In this document: positions 53,560 to 64,000 of the stretch, piece after piece
Numbering within the stretch: position 1 is the first letter of the stretch
Layout of the letters: each line of letters starts with the position of its first letter
Source of the DNA: Octopus sinensis
Lineage: Eukaryota
Reading direction: 5' to 3'
DNA length: 64,000 nucleotides
Assembly: GCF_006345805.1 (NCBI RefSeq)
Contig: NC_043004.1
Coordinates: 24,552,001 to 24,616,000, forward strand
Notes under the pieces: model-generated
What the model saw: only the letters and a program-made list of their open reading frames with translations
Database searches by the model: none
Told to the model about the DNA's origin: nothing
Program-made: the position numbers and the translations under genes

Positions 53560-54600
53560 CACACACACTCATATATTGACACCCTAATTGACAGACATTA
53601 CCCAGCTCAACTCATAGAGGATGGGATCAGACGTGCAACAGAAATAAACATAGAAACTTTAAGAAAAGTTCAACACAACAACACACCTTCCCCGAAAATA
53701 CTACCTTACATATCTACATACAACCCCAGAAACAAAGAAGCCTTCACCATCATCACCCAGAATTTACCAATACTTCATAAAGACCCCAAATTAAAGGAAA
53801 TTCTAAACATACACCAAATCATTAAAAGCTACAAACAGCCTAAATCACTCAAAAAGATTCTCACAAAGGCAAAATTGACTTCTGAAATTACGGATGCAAA
53901 AGTAAAAAAATGTGGTAGATCGAACAGTGCAACATGTCCTAACCTGCTAGAAGGATCAGAATTCCTCTTTAAAGAGGGAGAAATTCAAGATCAAATCTAA
54001 CTTTACTTGTGCCTCTGAAAACATAATTTAATCATAAAATGCTCGGGCTGCCACCAAGACTACGTGGGTTCCACGGGACTATCACTCAGACGTAGATGCA
54101 CACTGCATCGACAACAGATTGCATTCCCAGAATATAGAATGATACCTTTTAGTGAGCACATTGAGAAATGCGCAAAGCAACTACTACCACAATTTTTAAT
54201 CTTTCCATTTTACCAATGTGCTTCGGATCATCAACACAATTAGACTAAACAAGGAAACATTCTTCATTGAAAAGTACAAGCCCAGACTCACCATCCGAAC
54301 ATACTGATACAGAGAATTCACACCAAGGAAAGGAAAAATTTTTTAAGCGATTATCTCCCTTACACCGGAAGAAATCACTCACTACCTTCCCTTATGTAGA
54401 ACTCTCCTGTACATAAACATAACGAAAACTCTATCAACATAAACATAACGTCGCAAGAATTTGAAAAGCTACATGCGAAACCGGTCTTTCTTTTAAATTA
54501 TGTCATTATAAGAGAAAAAAATTTTTTTTTTTTCTAATATTCTTCAGACATATTGACGCAATTATATATTTATTAACATTTAAGCCTTCTGTAGTTTTTT
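53560..54600 (+). mobile_element. Penelope-like element 3' end (RT thumb, linker, GIY-YIG endonuclease, 3' region)
   Basis: PYISTYNP, KSYKQPKSLKKIL, FTCASENII, IIKCSGCHQDYVGSTGLSLRRR, RLNKETFFIEKYKPRL across frameshifts. Confidence 0.9.
54455..54492 (+). ncRNA. Decayed minimal hammerhead of the Penelope element
   Basis: AAGAA/TTCTT stem I, core eroded to TTGAAAA, GC-tacat-GC, GAAA-CCGG-TC. Confidence 0.55.
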
Positions 54601-54640
54601 CACTCTTTACTATTTTCTATATATATATATATATATATAT

Positions 54641-54920
54641 AGGCACATGGCCTAGTGTTTAGAGCAGCGGGTGATGTGTGTATTTAGAGACCGGGTGATG
54701 TGTGTATTTATGAGAGAAACACCTAAGCTCCACGCGGTTCCGGCAGAAGGTAACGGCGAACTTCTGCTGACTCTTTCGCCACAACTTTCACTCTTTCCTC
54801 CTGCATATTGCAGCTCACCTGCGACGGACCGGCGTCCCGTCCAGGTGGAGAACCTATATGCCAAGGAAACCGGGAAACCGGCACTATGAACCAGGCGTGG
54901 CTCGAGAAGGAACAAAGGAG
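54641..54920 (+). mobile_element. SINE family C with internal tandem duplication
   Basis: ggcctagtgtttag A box; cgggtgatgtgtgtattta twice; cacctgcgacggaccggcgtcccgtccaggtgg. Confidence 0.75.
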
Positions 54921-54996
54921 AGTGTATATATAATATATATATATATATATATAATATAATTAAGAACAATCTTACTTAGAAAGGAAATCTTACTTA

Positions 54997-55172
54997 GTAG
55001 TGAGGAGGAACAAGATAGTATATACTATCTTGTTCCTCCTCACTACGAATAAAACTCTATAAAATTACCAAATTCCCCACAAAGGAATTGATTTGATACT
55101 ACTTGTTCCTCCTCACTACTACGAAACTCTATAAAATGACCAAATCCTCCCAGAAAGGAATGATTTGATTTG
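54997..55172. repeat. Perfect 50-bp palindrome overlapping a ~74-bp tandem duplication
   Basis: 54997-55021 is the exact reverse complement of 55022-55046; 55022-55095 repeats imperfectly from 55096. Confidence 0.95.
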
Positions 55173-55305
55173 AAAACCCCACTGGAATGGGAGAAGCTCT
55201 AATAATCTGAATGATAATGATCTATATATGTAAAAAAATTAAAAAAAAAAAAATATCTATAATAAATCTCTATAACATCCCCCGATCTTCTGATTACCTC
55301 ATTTC

Positions 55306-55359
<54 letters not shown>

Positions 55360-55449
55360 CAATATCATCGTTATCAAGCAATACATTACTGGTTAATGTA
55401 TATAACTGGTCACAATTTTAGTTTTGTACTAATATTACTAGTAGACTAA

Positions 55450-55542
<93 letters not shown>

Positions 55543-55929
55543 ATCCCATACTGTAACCGAATAGCACTTTCATATCTAGGAAGAGAGAGAGAGAGAGAGA
55601 AGGGAAAGAGGAATGTCATAAATGTAAGTATACACTCTTCATCAGATGGACTATCCTTCAAACATACGTACGTGCGTATAACTATTCACTCAAATTTCAT
55701 ATTTAACTATATTGCAGAATCTTTATGACGGCTCAGAATGATACGCCTTCCCTATTGAATATGAGTCTATTTATGAGGTTATTTATCGTCTTTGCATACG
55801 TGCAGCGTGTGAAATGAAAGTGGTTTTCTCGCTAACATCTGAAATGCTTCAGCTATTTGATGCAATAAACAGACAACTAAACTAGGAATAAGCTACTTGT
55901 TAATTCACACAATTGATATACGATTGATT

Positions 55930-56070
55930 GCCGCACAGTTTCCGTGTTCCACAAGGTGCTGATGAACTGAATACTGCAGTAGAAGGACATTTGTGAAAAA
56001 CCACGTGCATTATGATCGATCCTGAAACCAGGAGGTTACGAATCTAACATTTTAACCACACAGCCACACC
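55930..56070 (-). mobile_element. Degenerate SINE family B head
   Basis: cagtttccgtg...gatcgatcctgaaacc...taaccacacagccacac. Confidence 0.6.
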
Positions 56071-56612
56071 TACTCTGAACGTTGTGTTCATTTCATTGGT
56101 TTAACAATATATATTTTTGCATATGTACAGGATATTAACATCATTGTGATGGCGGAAGCGTGTAATAAGAGATTTGTGCTATGCCTTCTCAAGTATAATG
56201 AAATACGCATAAACACTCACTTATGTTGCTCTCCAGTATTAATATTCTATTCTAGGATTTGGTACTTATGCTTTGTCAAGTTACTTATTTCGTTTTATGG
56301 TTTTAAGCTTAAATGTCGTACATTTTTAGCTAACAAGACCAAAGAACAATTTGACGTTATAGTACTGGTCGTAACTGTGCCATAAAAATGTTTCATACTT
56401 AAGAAGCCAAAATAAATGCCAACTTCAGTTTACTATTACACTCAACTTTTCGGATAAAATTCCTAAAGCAGGTAGAAGACCACAAATTCAGAATGATAAT
56501 GGCGTCTTGTCACCGGTTAGATTCAGAACAAACCTGCTCGAGCAGAAGTCCTTTAGCCATACCAAAATACATAAAATATAATACCAAATCACACACACTC
56601 ACATATATATGT

Positions 56613-56682
<70 letters not shown>

Positions 56683-56685
56683 TGT

Positions 56686-56860
56686 GCGTGCGTGAATAAC
56701 ATCTATATTGCTAGAAATAGGAGCTAAAATGTTCCATTGCTATTACAAAGCACATAACATATATTCCCGAACACCGAACCAAGGATTCCTTAGACTGACC
56801 GGCCAGTTTTAGAAATTTCCGTTGTCATCCTCAGTAAGGCCACCTCGTTCGGTTGATTCC
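56686..56860. mobile_element. Partial direct copy of the foldback element at 57013
   Basis: aataacatctatattgctagaaataggagctaaaatg...ccgaacaccgaacc...actgaccggcc. Confidence 0.8.
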
Positions 56861-57012
56861 AGGCTAGCATGCCTATCCGAGTATATATATACACCATAAA
56901 AACCTATGGATGAATTAGCAGGTCGCTAATGTATACAAAAAAAATTAATAAAACAGCTGCTGGCAACGTTATACCATAAAGGAAAATTATAGTCGTCAAC
57001 TAAATTTGATAA

Positions 57013-57322
57013 AGGGTGTGGATAACACCTACATTGCTAGAAATAACAGCTAAAATATTCCAATGCTGTTACAAAGCTCTTACATATACTGTGATGGGGG
57101 CTGCAATCGCCCCGAACACCGTACCGAGGAATTCTCAGATTGACCAGCCAGTTTCGGCAATTTCTGTTGCCAATATTAGTGAGGCCGGTCAGTCAGTGGA
57201 ATCCTCGGTTCGGTGTTCGGGGCGATTGCAGCCTCTATCAGAGTATATGTTATGTGCTTTGTAACAACATTTCGAGCATTTTAGCACCTATTTCTAGCAA
57301 TGTAGGTGTTATTCACACGCCT
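57013..57322. mobile_element. ~310-bp palindromic (foldback) MITE
   Basis: ~135-bp arms with exact blocks ataacacctacattgctagaaata and ggctgcaatcgccccgaacaccg; ~35-bp centre. Confidence 0.9.
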
Positions 57323-57399
57323 ATTCAACTTCGGTTGCCGACTATAATTTTCTTTTACAGTATGAAGTTGCAGAGAGCTGTTTTTATTAATTTTATATG

Positions 57400-57563
57400 C
57401 AGTAATCCCTCGACAATCGGGAATGTTATGTTCCAAAACCCCAAATATTATAATTTGTATATATTAATTTTATTATACATGCAAAACAACACCAGAGAGG
57501 AATCAACGTACGCTTAAATAATAAACCGCGATAGGTGAACCACAATATGGCGAGGGATTGCTG
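57400..57563. mobile_element. pogo/Tigger-like MITE
   Basis: TIR cagtaatccctcg / cgagggattgctg. Confidence 0.7.
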
Positions 57564-57672
57564 TATGTGTGTATATATATATACACATCTATACATACAC
57601 ACACATATATATATAACACACACACACACACATATATACATATATATATTTACAGACGTATATATATATATG

Positions 57673-57753
<81 letters not shown>

Positions 57754-58084
57754 ATATATATATACATATATATACACGTATATATATATATATATTTATA
57801 TGTGTATATTGGCAGGCTGGCCTGCTAGGTAAATGATATTAAAATTAATATTAATTTATCTCCCTCAATTTTTATATATATTTATATATATACACATGTA
57901 TATATATATACTTATATACATACACGCATATATATACACATATACACATATATATATACATATATATATATATATACATATATATACATACACACACATA
58001 TATATATTTACAGAAATGTATATATATATATACATACACACATATCTATACATGCACACATATTATCTATACACACACACACAC

Positions 58085-58151
<67 letters not shown>

Positions 58152-58280
58152 TAACAGGGAAGCTTTACGAAAATAAACAAAAGACGAAGGCAGGTGGAGT
58201 ACAAACAATATATTTTATATATATATACACGTATATATATATACTTATATACATACACGCATATATATACACATATACAC

Positions 58281-58315
<35 letters not shown>

Positions 58316-58419
58316 CATATATATACATACACACACATATATATATATACTTACAGAAATGAATATATATATATATACATACACACATATCTATACATGC
58401 ACACATATATATCTATACC

Positions 58420-58457
<38 letters not shown>

Positions 58458-58460
58458 CAT

Positions 58461-58665
58461 ACAGGGAAGCTTTACGAAAATAAACAAAAGACGAAGGCAG
58501 GTGGAGTACAAACAAGCAATTGTATTAGTATGGCGCTCAGGAATAGAAATAAAACAAGTCTTTTACGTTTCGAGCCTACGCTCTTCAACAGAAAGATACA
58601 CAGAAAAGAAACACGGAGAGAAACAAGGAGAGAAAAAAATGAGTGCTATCGAGATGCCTACACGC
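58461..58665 (-). mobile_element. Short Penelope-type non-coding element with minimal hammerhead
   Basis: Best-preserved of three copies; flanked by TA/CA repeats. Confidence 0.7.
58559..58596 (-). ncRNA. Minimal type I hammerhead, CUGUUGA core variant
   Basis: TCTTT/AAAGA stem I, CTGTTGA, A, GAGC-gtag-GCTC, GAA-ACGT-A with palindromic stem III. Confidence 0.65.
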
Positions 58666-58686
58666 ATATAAATGTACTTTCGCGCA

Positions 58687-58736
<50 letters not shown>

Positions 58737-58737
<1 letters not shown>

Positions 58738-59116
58738 TAGCAGTATCGCCGGCGTTGCTCGGGTTTGTAAGGGAAATAACTATAAAGCATTTTTAGAGAG
58801 TTATAGCCAAAAAATAGCAAAAAAAATGGGAAAAAAAAAGATGGTAAATTTTTTTTGATAGTTAAAAAGGTCGAGTTGCGTCCCCTAGACCATCTGTGGT
58901 TTGTGTTTCTGATTGTCGACCCCATGTCGAATTTATCGATCTTTTTCAGAACTGGGGGAACTTTTCAAAATTTTCGCTGCGTTAGTTTTGAATTATGACA
59001 TTGGGCTATGTGTGTGTCAAGTTTCATCAGAATCGGTTGAAAGCCGTGGTCAGGGTGAGGGTACAACCAAACAGACACACAGAAACACACACAGACAAAC
59101 TGCCGTTTATATAGAA

Positions 59117-59121
<5 letters not shown>
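58737..59121 (-). mobile_element. Non-autonomous Helitron in (TA)n
   Basis: Minus strand begins A|TC and ends with hairpin cccgagcaacgccgg then CTAG|T. Confidence 0.8.
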
Positions 59122-59167
<46 letters not shown>

Positions 59168-59199
59168 ATAATATATATATACATATACATATGTATGTA

Positions 59200-59710
59200 T
59201 AGGGTTATTCAAAAAGAATGGACTGATTTCATTATGCGACATTTTAATAAGGAAAAGCAATAGAAAACTCCAGCTAAGATACAAGTATTTATTCACAATA
59301 AGCTTTTATTTCCTGTTTTACAAGTGTTTAATGTAGCCAACACGGGCAACATCAATGCAATAAGAGAATTCCTCACAGACCTCACCGTGTGTTTTTTGTT
59401 GTTGTTTTTTTCTTGTGGGGATATGTAAAAGATCACGTTTATGTTCCACCGCTACCCACTAATTTAAAACATCGAATAACAATAGCGATCAACTCAGTGG
59501 ATCGTGATATGCTGATATGCGTCTTAGAGGTATTCTCTTATCGCAAAGGTCTTTGACTGTACCGCAGGTACTGGCCACATTGAACATTGTAAGATAGGAA
59601 ATAAAAGTTGATTGTGTGTAATTACTTGTGACTTAGCTGGAGTTTTTTAGTGCTTTTCCTTATTAAAATATTGCGTAATGAAATTGGTTCATTCTTTTTG
59701 AATAACCCTG
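59200..59710 (+). mobile_element. Tc1/mariner-derived MITE with ~85-bp TIRs
   Basis: agggttattcaaaaagaatg...aaactccagctaag inverted at 59625-59710, TA flanks; internal WGYVKDHVYVPPLPTNLKHRIT transposase remnant. Confidence 0.9.
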
Positions 59711-60569
59711 TATATATAAATATATATTTATATCCATATATGTATATATGTATATGTGTGTATATATTTATATATATACAGATGTATGTATGCGTGTATA
59801 TATGTAGGCATGTGTGTGTGCGCGTGCGCGTGTGTGCGTGTGTTAGCCAGCACAATCGGTTAATGGATTGAACAAATATTATCTGTATTAAAAATTATCT
59901 ATGTTCCGTCTTGGTTCATTCCATTTCCCTTCTTTTTCTCGAGAGAAGAAAGATACAACCATTAGCCAGAGTTACAAAGTTGATATAAAATTGACAAACT
60001 AAATCCGCTGAAGGTGGTGCTGCACCATGGATGATGTCTATTGACCAAAATATCTATGAAATATGACACCGGAAATTATTGTTGTTGACAACGATCCGGC
60101 AGAAATTGAATTCACCTCAATAGACGTCATTGATTGGTGGAAATTGCAAGGAAATAAACAAGAAATAGCTAACAAACTACAGAATTTTCTCAAGAAAGCC
60201 AAGAGAAAAAGATGTTTTATAAACACATTATACCAGTATACGAAGTTTAAAAGTGTTTAGTTACAAAGAAATTATTTTAAAAATCTGCCGGTCAAAGCGA
60301 AAAGATCCGAAATATGTTTTTACCTATGTTTTAAAAAAAACTATTTAAAGCTATTCTATTCTACTCATCCAGAAATTAGCCCATGAAATTTCTCGGCATA
60401 TTCAGACTCCAGTTATGTTCTTATAATATTTGTTGTGTTACGTGTTTAAGCCCAGGTCAAACCCAATCAAGTTGTCCTGTGATCAAAGATATTATCCGTT
60501 ACGTTTTATTATTCATAACTTATCCAATCTAGTGTATGATTTGATGCATATTTGTTATATCTGTTAACA

Positions 60570-61700
60570 TATCTAGAAACCAGTTACGATCTCGGATTAC
60601 AGATGACCATGTAAGACTGTTTCTCCGATAGAGAATTCGCTTTGGAAAAGTTCAGGGAAAGCAATGTTGTTGCTCCGGCACACAGCAATGCCTTCGATAG
60701 TGTCTGGCATGCAAATCTCCTATCAGACTTCCGGCCAACGGGCTTCACGCATCTCTCATATCCTGGATCAGTAGTTTCCGAGTCGATCACATCGTAGTAG
60801 AATGTGTTTGCAAAGCTCTTTCTATCCCCACTTTGAATCAACTGTGGTATTCCCCAGGGCTTAGCTCTGTTACCCACTCTCATCCTTTATACATCCATGA
60901 CCGACTTGCTTCCAAAACCCAGCAAAACTTATGCGGATGACATGGCTCTTCATTCTTTCCTAACTTACCCTAACTATGCATCATCCACACCACCTAGGCA
61001 CTGCACACGAAACCTGTACTGATTCCATAAACGGAAATCGTGTGAGTTCCTCTAATGGGACCTTACCAACATTGTCTAATTTAACAGCACAAACAAAAAC
61101 TGAAACATGAATGGCACTCAGCATGAGTCCTCACAATTGCAAGGAGCTCTTCTGTTGAAAGAACATCCTTACTAAACCCAGGACCACTTCTCAATTTTTT
61201 GTTTTCTCTTCAGAGACAGCTGTTGATACTCTTCAAGGCCCGAGTGAGGCCTTAATGGTGTAATGCTCTTACATTTGTAAGAGTGCTGCTGCTGCGCACA
61301 CTGACATTCTTGACCGCATCTAGAGAACGTCTCTAGATTGACTGGTACTCTATCGTTAACATACACACTCCAGCCTCTAGCTCACAAGCATCCCGTTTCC
61401 TCTGTCTTTTCAATCACAACTATAACGGCCTATGCTCCTTGGAGCTAATTGGTCTTGTACTTTCATCATTTAGTCATGCCTGACCCACACGTCTTTTTCG
61501 CATCTTTTCATCCAACCCTCCCTCATCCCGCACTATATCCATTCCTTCTTCCAAGAACATCGATCAACTGGATCTTCTTTTTGCTTATACTTTTTCTGCA
61601 AACGTTGACTTACAAGTTTAAATGTCAATTTCATTAGATGCAATTTCTAGGTGCAATTCCATTGTCATTCATGACCGAAGGGGCTCTTTACCCCATCTTT
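60570..61700 (+). mobile_element. Old CR1/L2-group LINE RT fragment
   Basis: NAFDSVWH, GIPQG, KTYADDMAL, ILDRI, LQPLAH across frameshifts. Confidence 0.8.
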
Positions 61701-61964
61701 TCTGTAAAAAAAAGCATTGACTCAAAGCGTTAAAGAATTCCTCCATTTTTTCTGAGCCTTCAATTAATAAACCAAGTCTCTTTTACTTTTACCTCGACTT
61801 TGTGGAGCGGGGTGTATTTTTGACCGTATATACATGTTAAAATTCTACAAAGAATGGTTAAGATGCAAGGTGAATGGCTTAAGTTATTAAAAAGTTAGTG
61901 TTACAACTCCTCAAACCGAATGTAAATTTGCTTATGTGACATCGCTAACTAAGTGACATACTAT

Positions 61965-62180
61965 CGGTTTCAAATTTTGGCAAAAGGCCAGCAATTTCGA
62001 AGCAGGGTTAAATCGATTACATCGACCCCAGTATGCAACAGGTACTTGTTTTATCGACCCCGAAAGGATGAGAGACAAAGTCAACCTCGGCGGAATTTGA
62101 ACTCAGAACGTAAAAGACGGACGAAATACCGCTAAGTTTTTTGCCTGGCGTGATAACGATTCTGCCAGCTCGCAGCCTTA
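61965..62180 (-). mobile_element. SINE family A
   Basis: Reverse complement of tail, core and head. Confidence 0.9.
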
Positions 62181-62190
62181 AAGCGACAGA

Positions 62191-62798
62191 GTATTCTTTT
62201 CTACTCTAGGCACAAGACCCGAATTTCGTTGGGAGGAGGCCAGTTGATTAGATCGACCCCAGTACGCAACTGTTACTTAATTTATTGACTCCGAAAGGAT
62301 GAAAGACAAGGTCAACCTCGGTGGACTTTGTCTTTCATCTCAAACTCAGAACATAAAGACAGATAAAATACCTATTTCTTTACTTCCCACAAGGGGCTAA
62401 ACACAGAGAGGACAAACAAGGACAGAAAAACGGATTAAGTTGATTATATCGATCCCGGTGCATAACTGGTACTTATTTAATCGACCCCGAATGGATAAAA
62501 GGCAAAGTCGACCTCGGCGGAATTTGAACTCAGAACGTAGCGGCAGACGAAATACCTATTTGTTTACTACCCACAAGGGGCTAAACACAGAGAGGACAAA
62601 CAAGGAGAAACAAATGGGTTAAGTCGATGATTATATCGACCCCAGTGCGTAACTGGTACTTATTTAATCGACCCCGAAAGGATGAAAGGCAAAGTCGACC
62701 TCGGCGGCATTTGAACTCAGAACGCGGCGGCAGACGAAATACTTACTGCTAAGCATTTAGCCCGGCGTGCTAACGATTCTGAACAGCTCGTCGCCTTG
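62191..62798 (-). mobile_element. Trimeric SINE family A with 11-bp TSD
   Basis: Junctions aaatac|ctattt at 62371/62372 and 62555/62556; aaagcgacaga at 62180-62190 and 62799-62809. Confidence 0.9.
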
Positions 62799-63241
62799 AA
62801 AGCGACAGATTACTGAACGATGATTTATGCAACAAGATTATCGTGTGTTCGTTAGTTTCTACCTTTTGTTGCATACAATAAAGAAACCAACACTAATTTC
62901 TTTTTTTTTTTTGTTCTTTTTGCCATGGTATGTAAGACTTCCATCTTAAATTTCACATGAATTATTGCTATCTAGATTACAAATTGTGTTGCAATTCTAT
63001 AATTTTGGACATACAGGATTATTCAATTTTTCTTTCTTTCTTTTCATGTTTTTATCAATATATAAACATACACCCTTATTTTTATTTATATACATATATC
63101 ACAAACTTTTTCTCTTTTTTACTCTCCCCCCCTCTCTCTCTCTCTCTCTCTTTCTCTCTCGCTCTTCTTTGTTTCTTTCTACACACATATACACACATGC
63201 ACATACATGTTCTCTACATATGCATATATACTCGTGGAAAT

Positions 63242-63349
<108 letters not shown>

Positions 63350-63489
63350 TCATATATACATATATAATATGAGGAATATTATTCCAAACTTACAGGGAAA
63401 AATTCAATTTAAAAATACTAAATCAAATTTCACAAAATATAATATATATATATATATAAATTTAAAAAAAAACATCTTTTATCAAATAG

Positions 63490-64000
63490 GAGCTTTCTTG
63501 ACTTCCTGTTCGTCTCCTTTAGCTCCTCTTTTGTCTCCTTCAGGACTCCAGCGCCATACCGAACTACTGCGATTGCGCGCGAGTTTTTTGCCGAAATTAT
63601 GTTTCTCGCATTCAGCTTTGAAGCCAATATTTTTCTCACTCGCCACAAGTACTCTCTTTTTGCCTTTTCCTTCATGTCGTGGTGTTTGATTCCACCTGCC
63701 TCAAGTATTTCCAAGTATTTATAGCTGGATTGAGGTTGAATTGCCTTCATCATTTCACCACTTGGCAAACATATGCCTTCTGTCCATTCTTTCCTCGTCT
63801 TATCACCATCATAGCACATTTTGAGAGTCCAAACTCAATCTTAATATCATTGTAGAAACTCCGCACAGACTGGTCTAGGCTGTCCAGTTCTGATACAGTT
63901 TTTGCGAATAGCTTTAGGTTGTCCTTGAATAGCAAGTATTTCAGTTTTCCCTCACCTTTTCCCAGATCATAACCCAACTTTGTTTTCTGTAGTATTTCAC
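63490..64000 (-). mobile_element. Older Dong/R4 RT fragment (continues beyond window)
   Basis: LLFKDNLKLFAK, IEFGLSKCA, YKYLEI, RVRKILASKLNARN. Confidence 0.85.

Noticed and set aside
60063-60260. 65-aa ORF with DVIDWWK, reminiscent of the hAT dimerisation domain
   Set aside because: Resemblance is limited to a few residues, with no splice signals or flanking transposase

Overview
Repeat-saturated, AT-rich animal genomic DNA. The SINE families, the (TA)n/(GATA)n/(TACA)n/(ATT)n microsatellite load and the LINE types point to an octopus-like coleoid cephalopod (inference). No complete host gene is visible, and most ORF-track entries are microsatellite artefacts. The window holds tRNA-derived SINEs of several families, LINE relics (RTE, CR1-like, Tx1/L1, a near-intact Dong/R4), a Penelope 3' end, a Gypsy gag relic, Tc1/mariner/pogo elements and MITEs, a Helitron, and several foldback structures. 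The main discovery is a set of hammerhead-ribozyme elements. At 45363-47600 a ~365-bp, highly structured, partial-tandem type I hammerhead unit (retrozyme-like) sits in (TA)n. It has been split by a 1.77-kb ORF1-only Tx1/L1-type element flanked by a 17-bp target-site duplication. A second, sequence-divergent unit at ~51690-51957 shares the same non-canonical CCGAUGA core. The ORF1-only element, a SINE subfamily and a Tx1 LINE fragment share one ~50-nt 3' terminus. All calls are from manual reading. No searches or folding programs were run, and novelty cannot be confirmed from the sequence alone.
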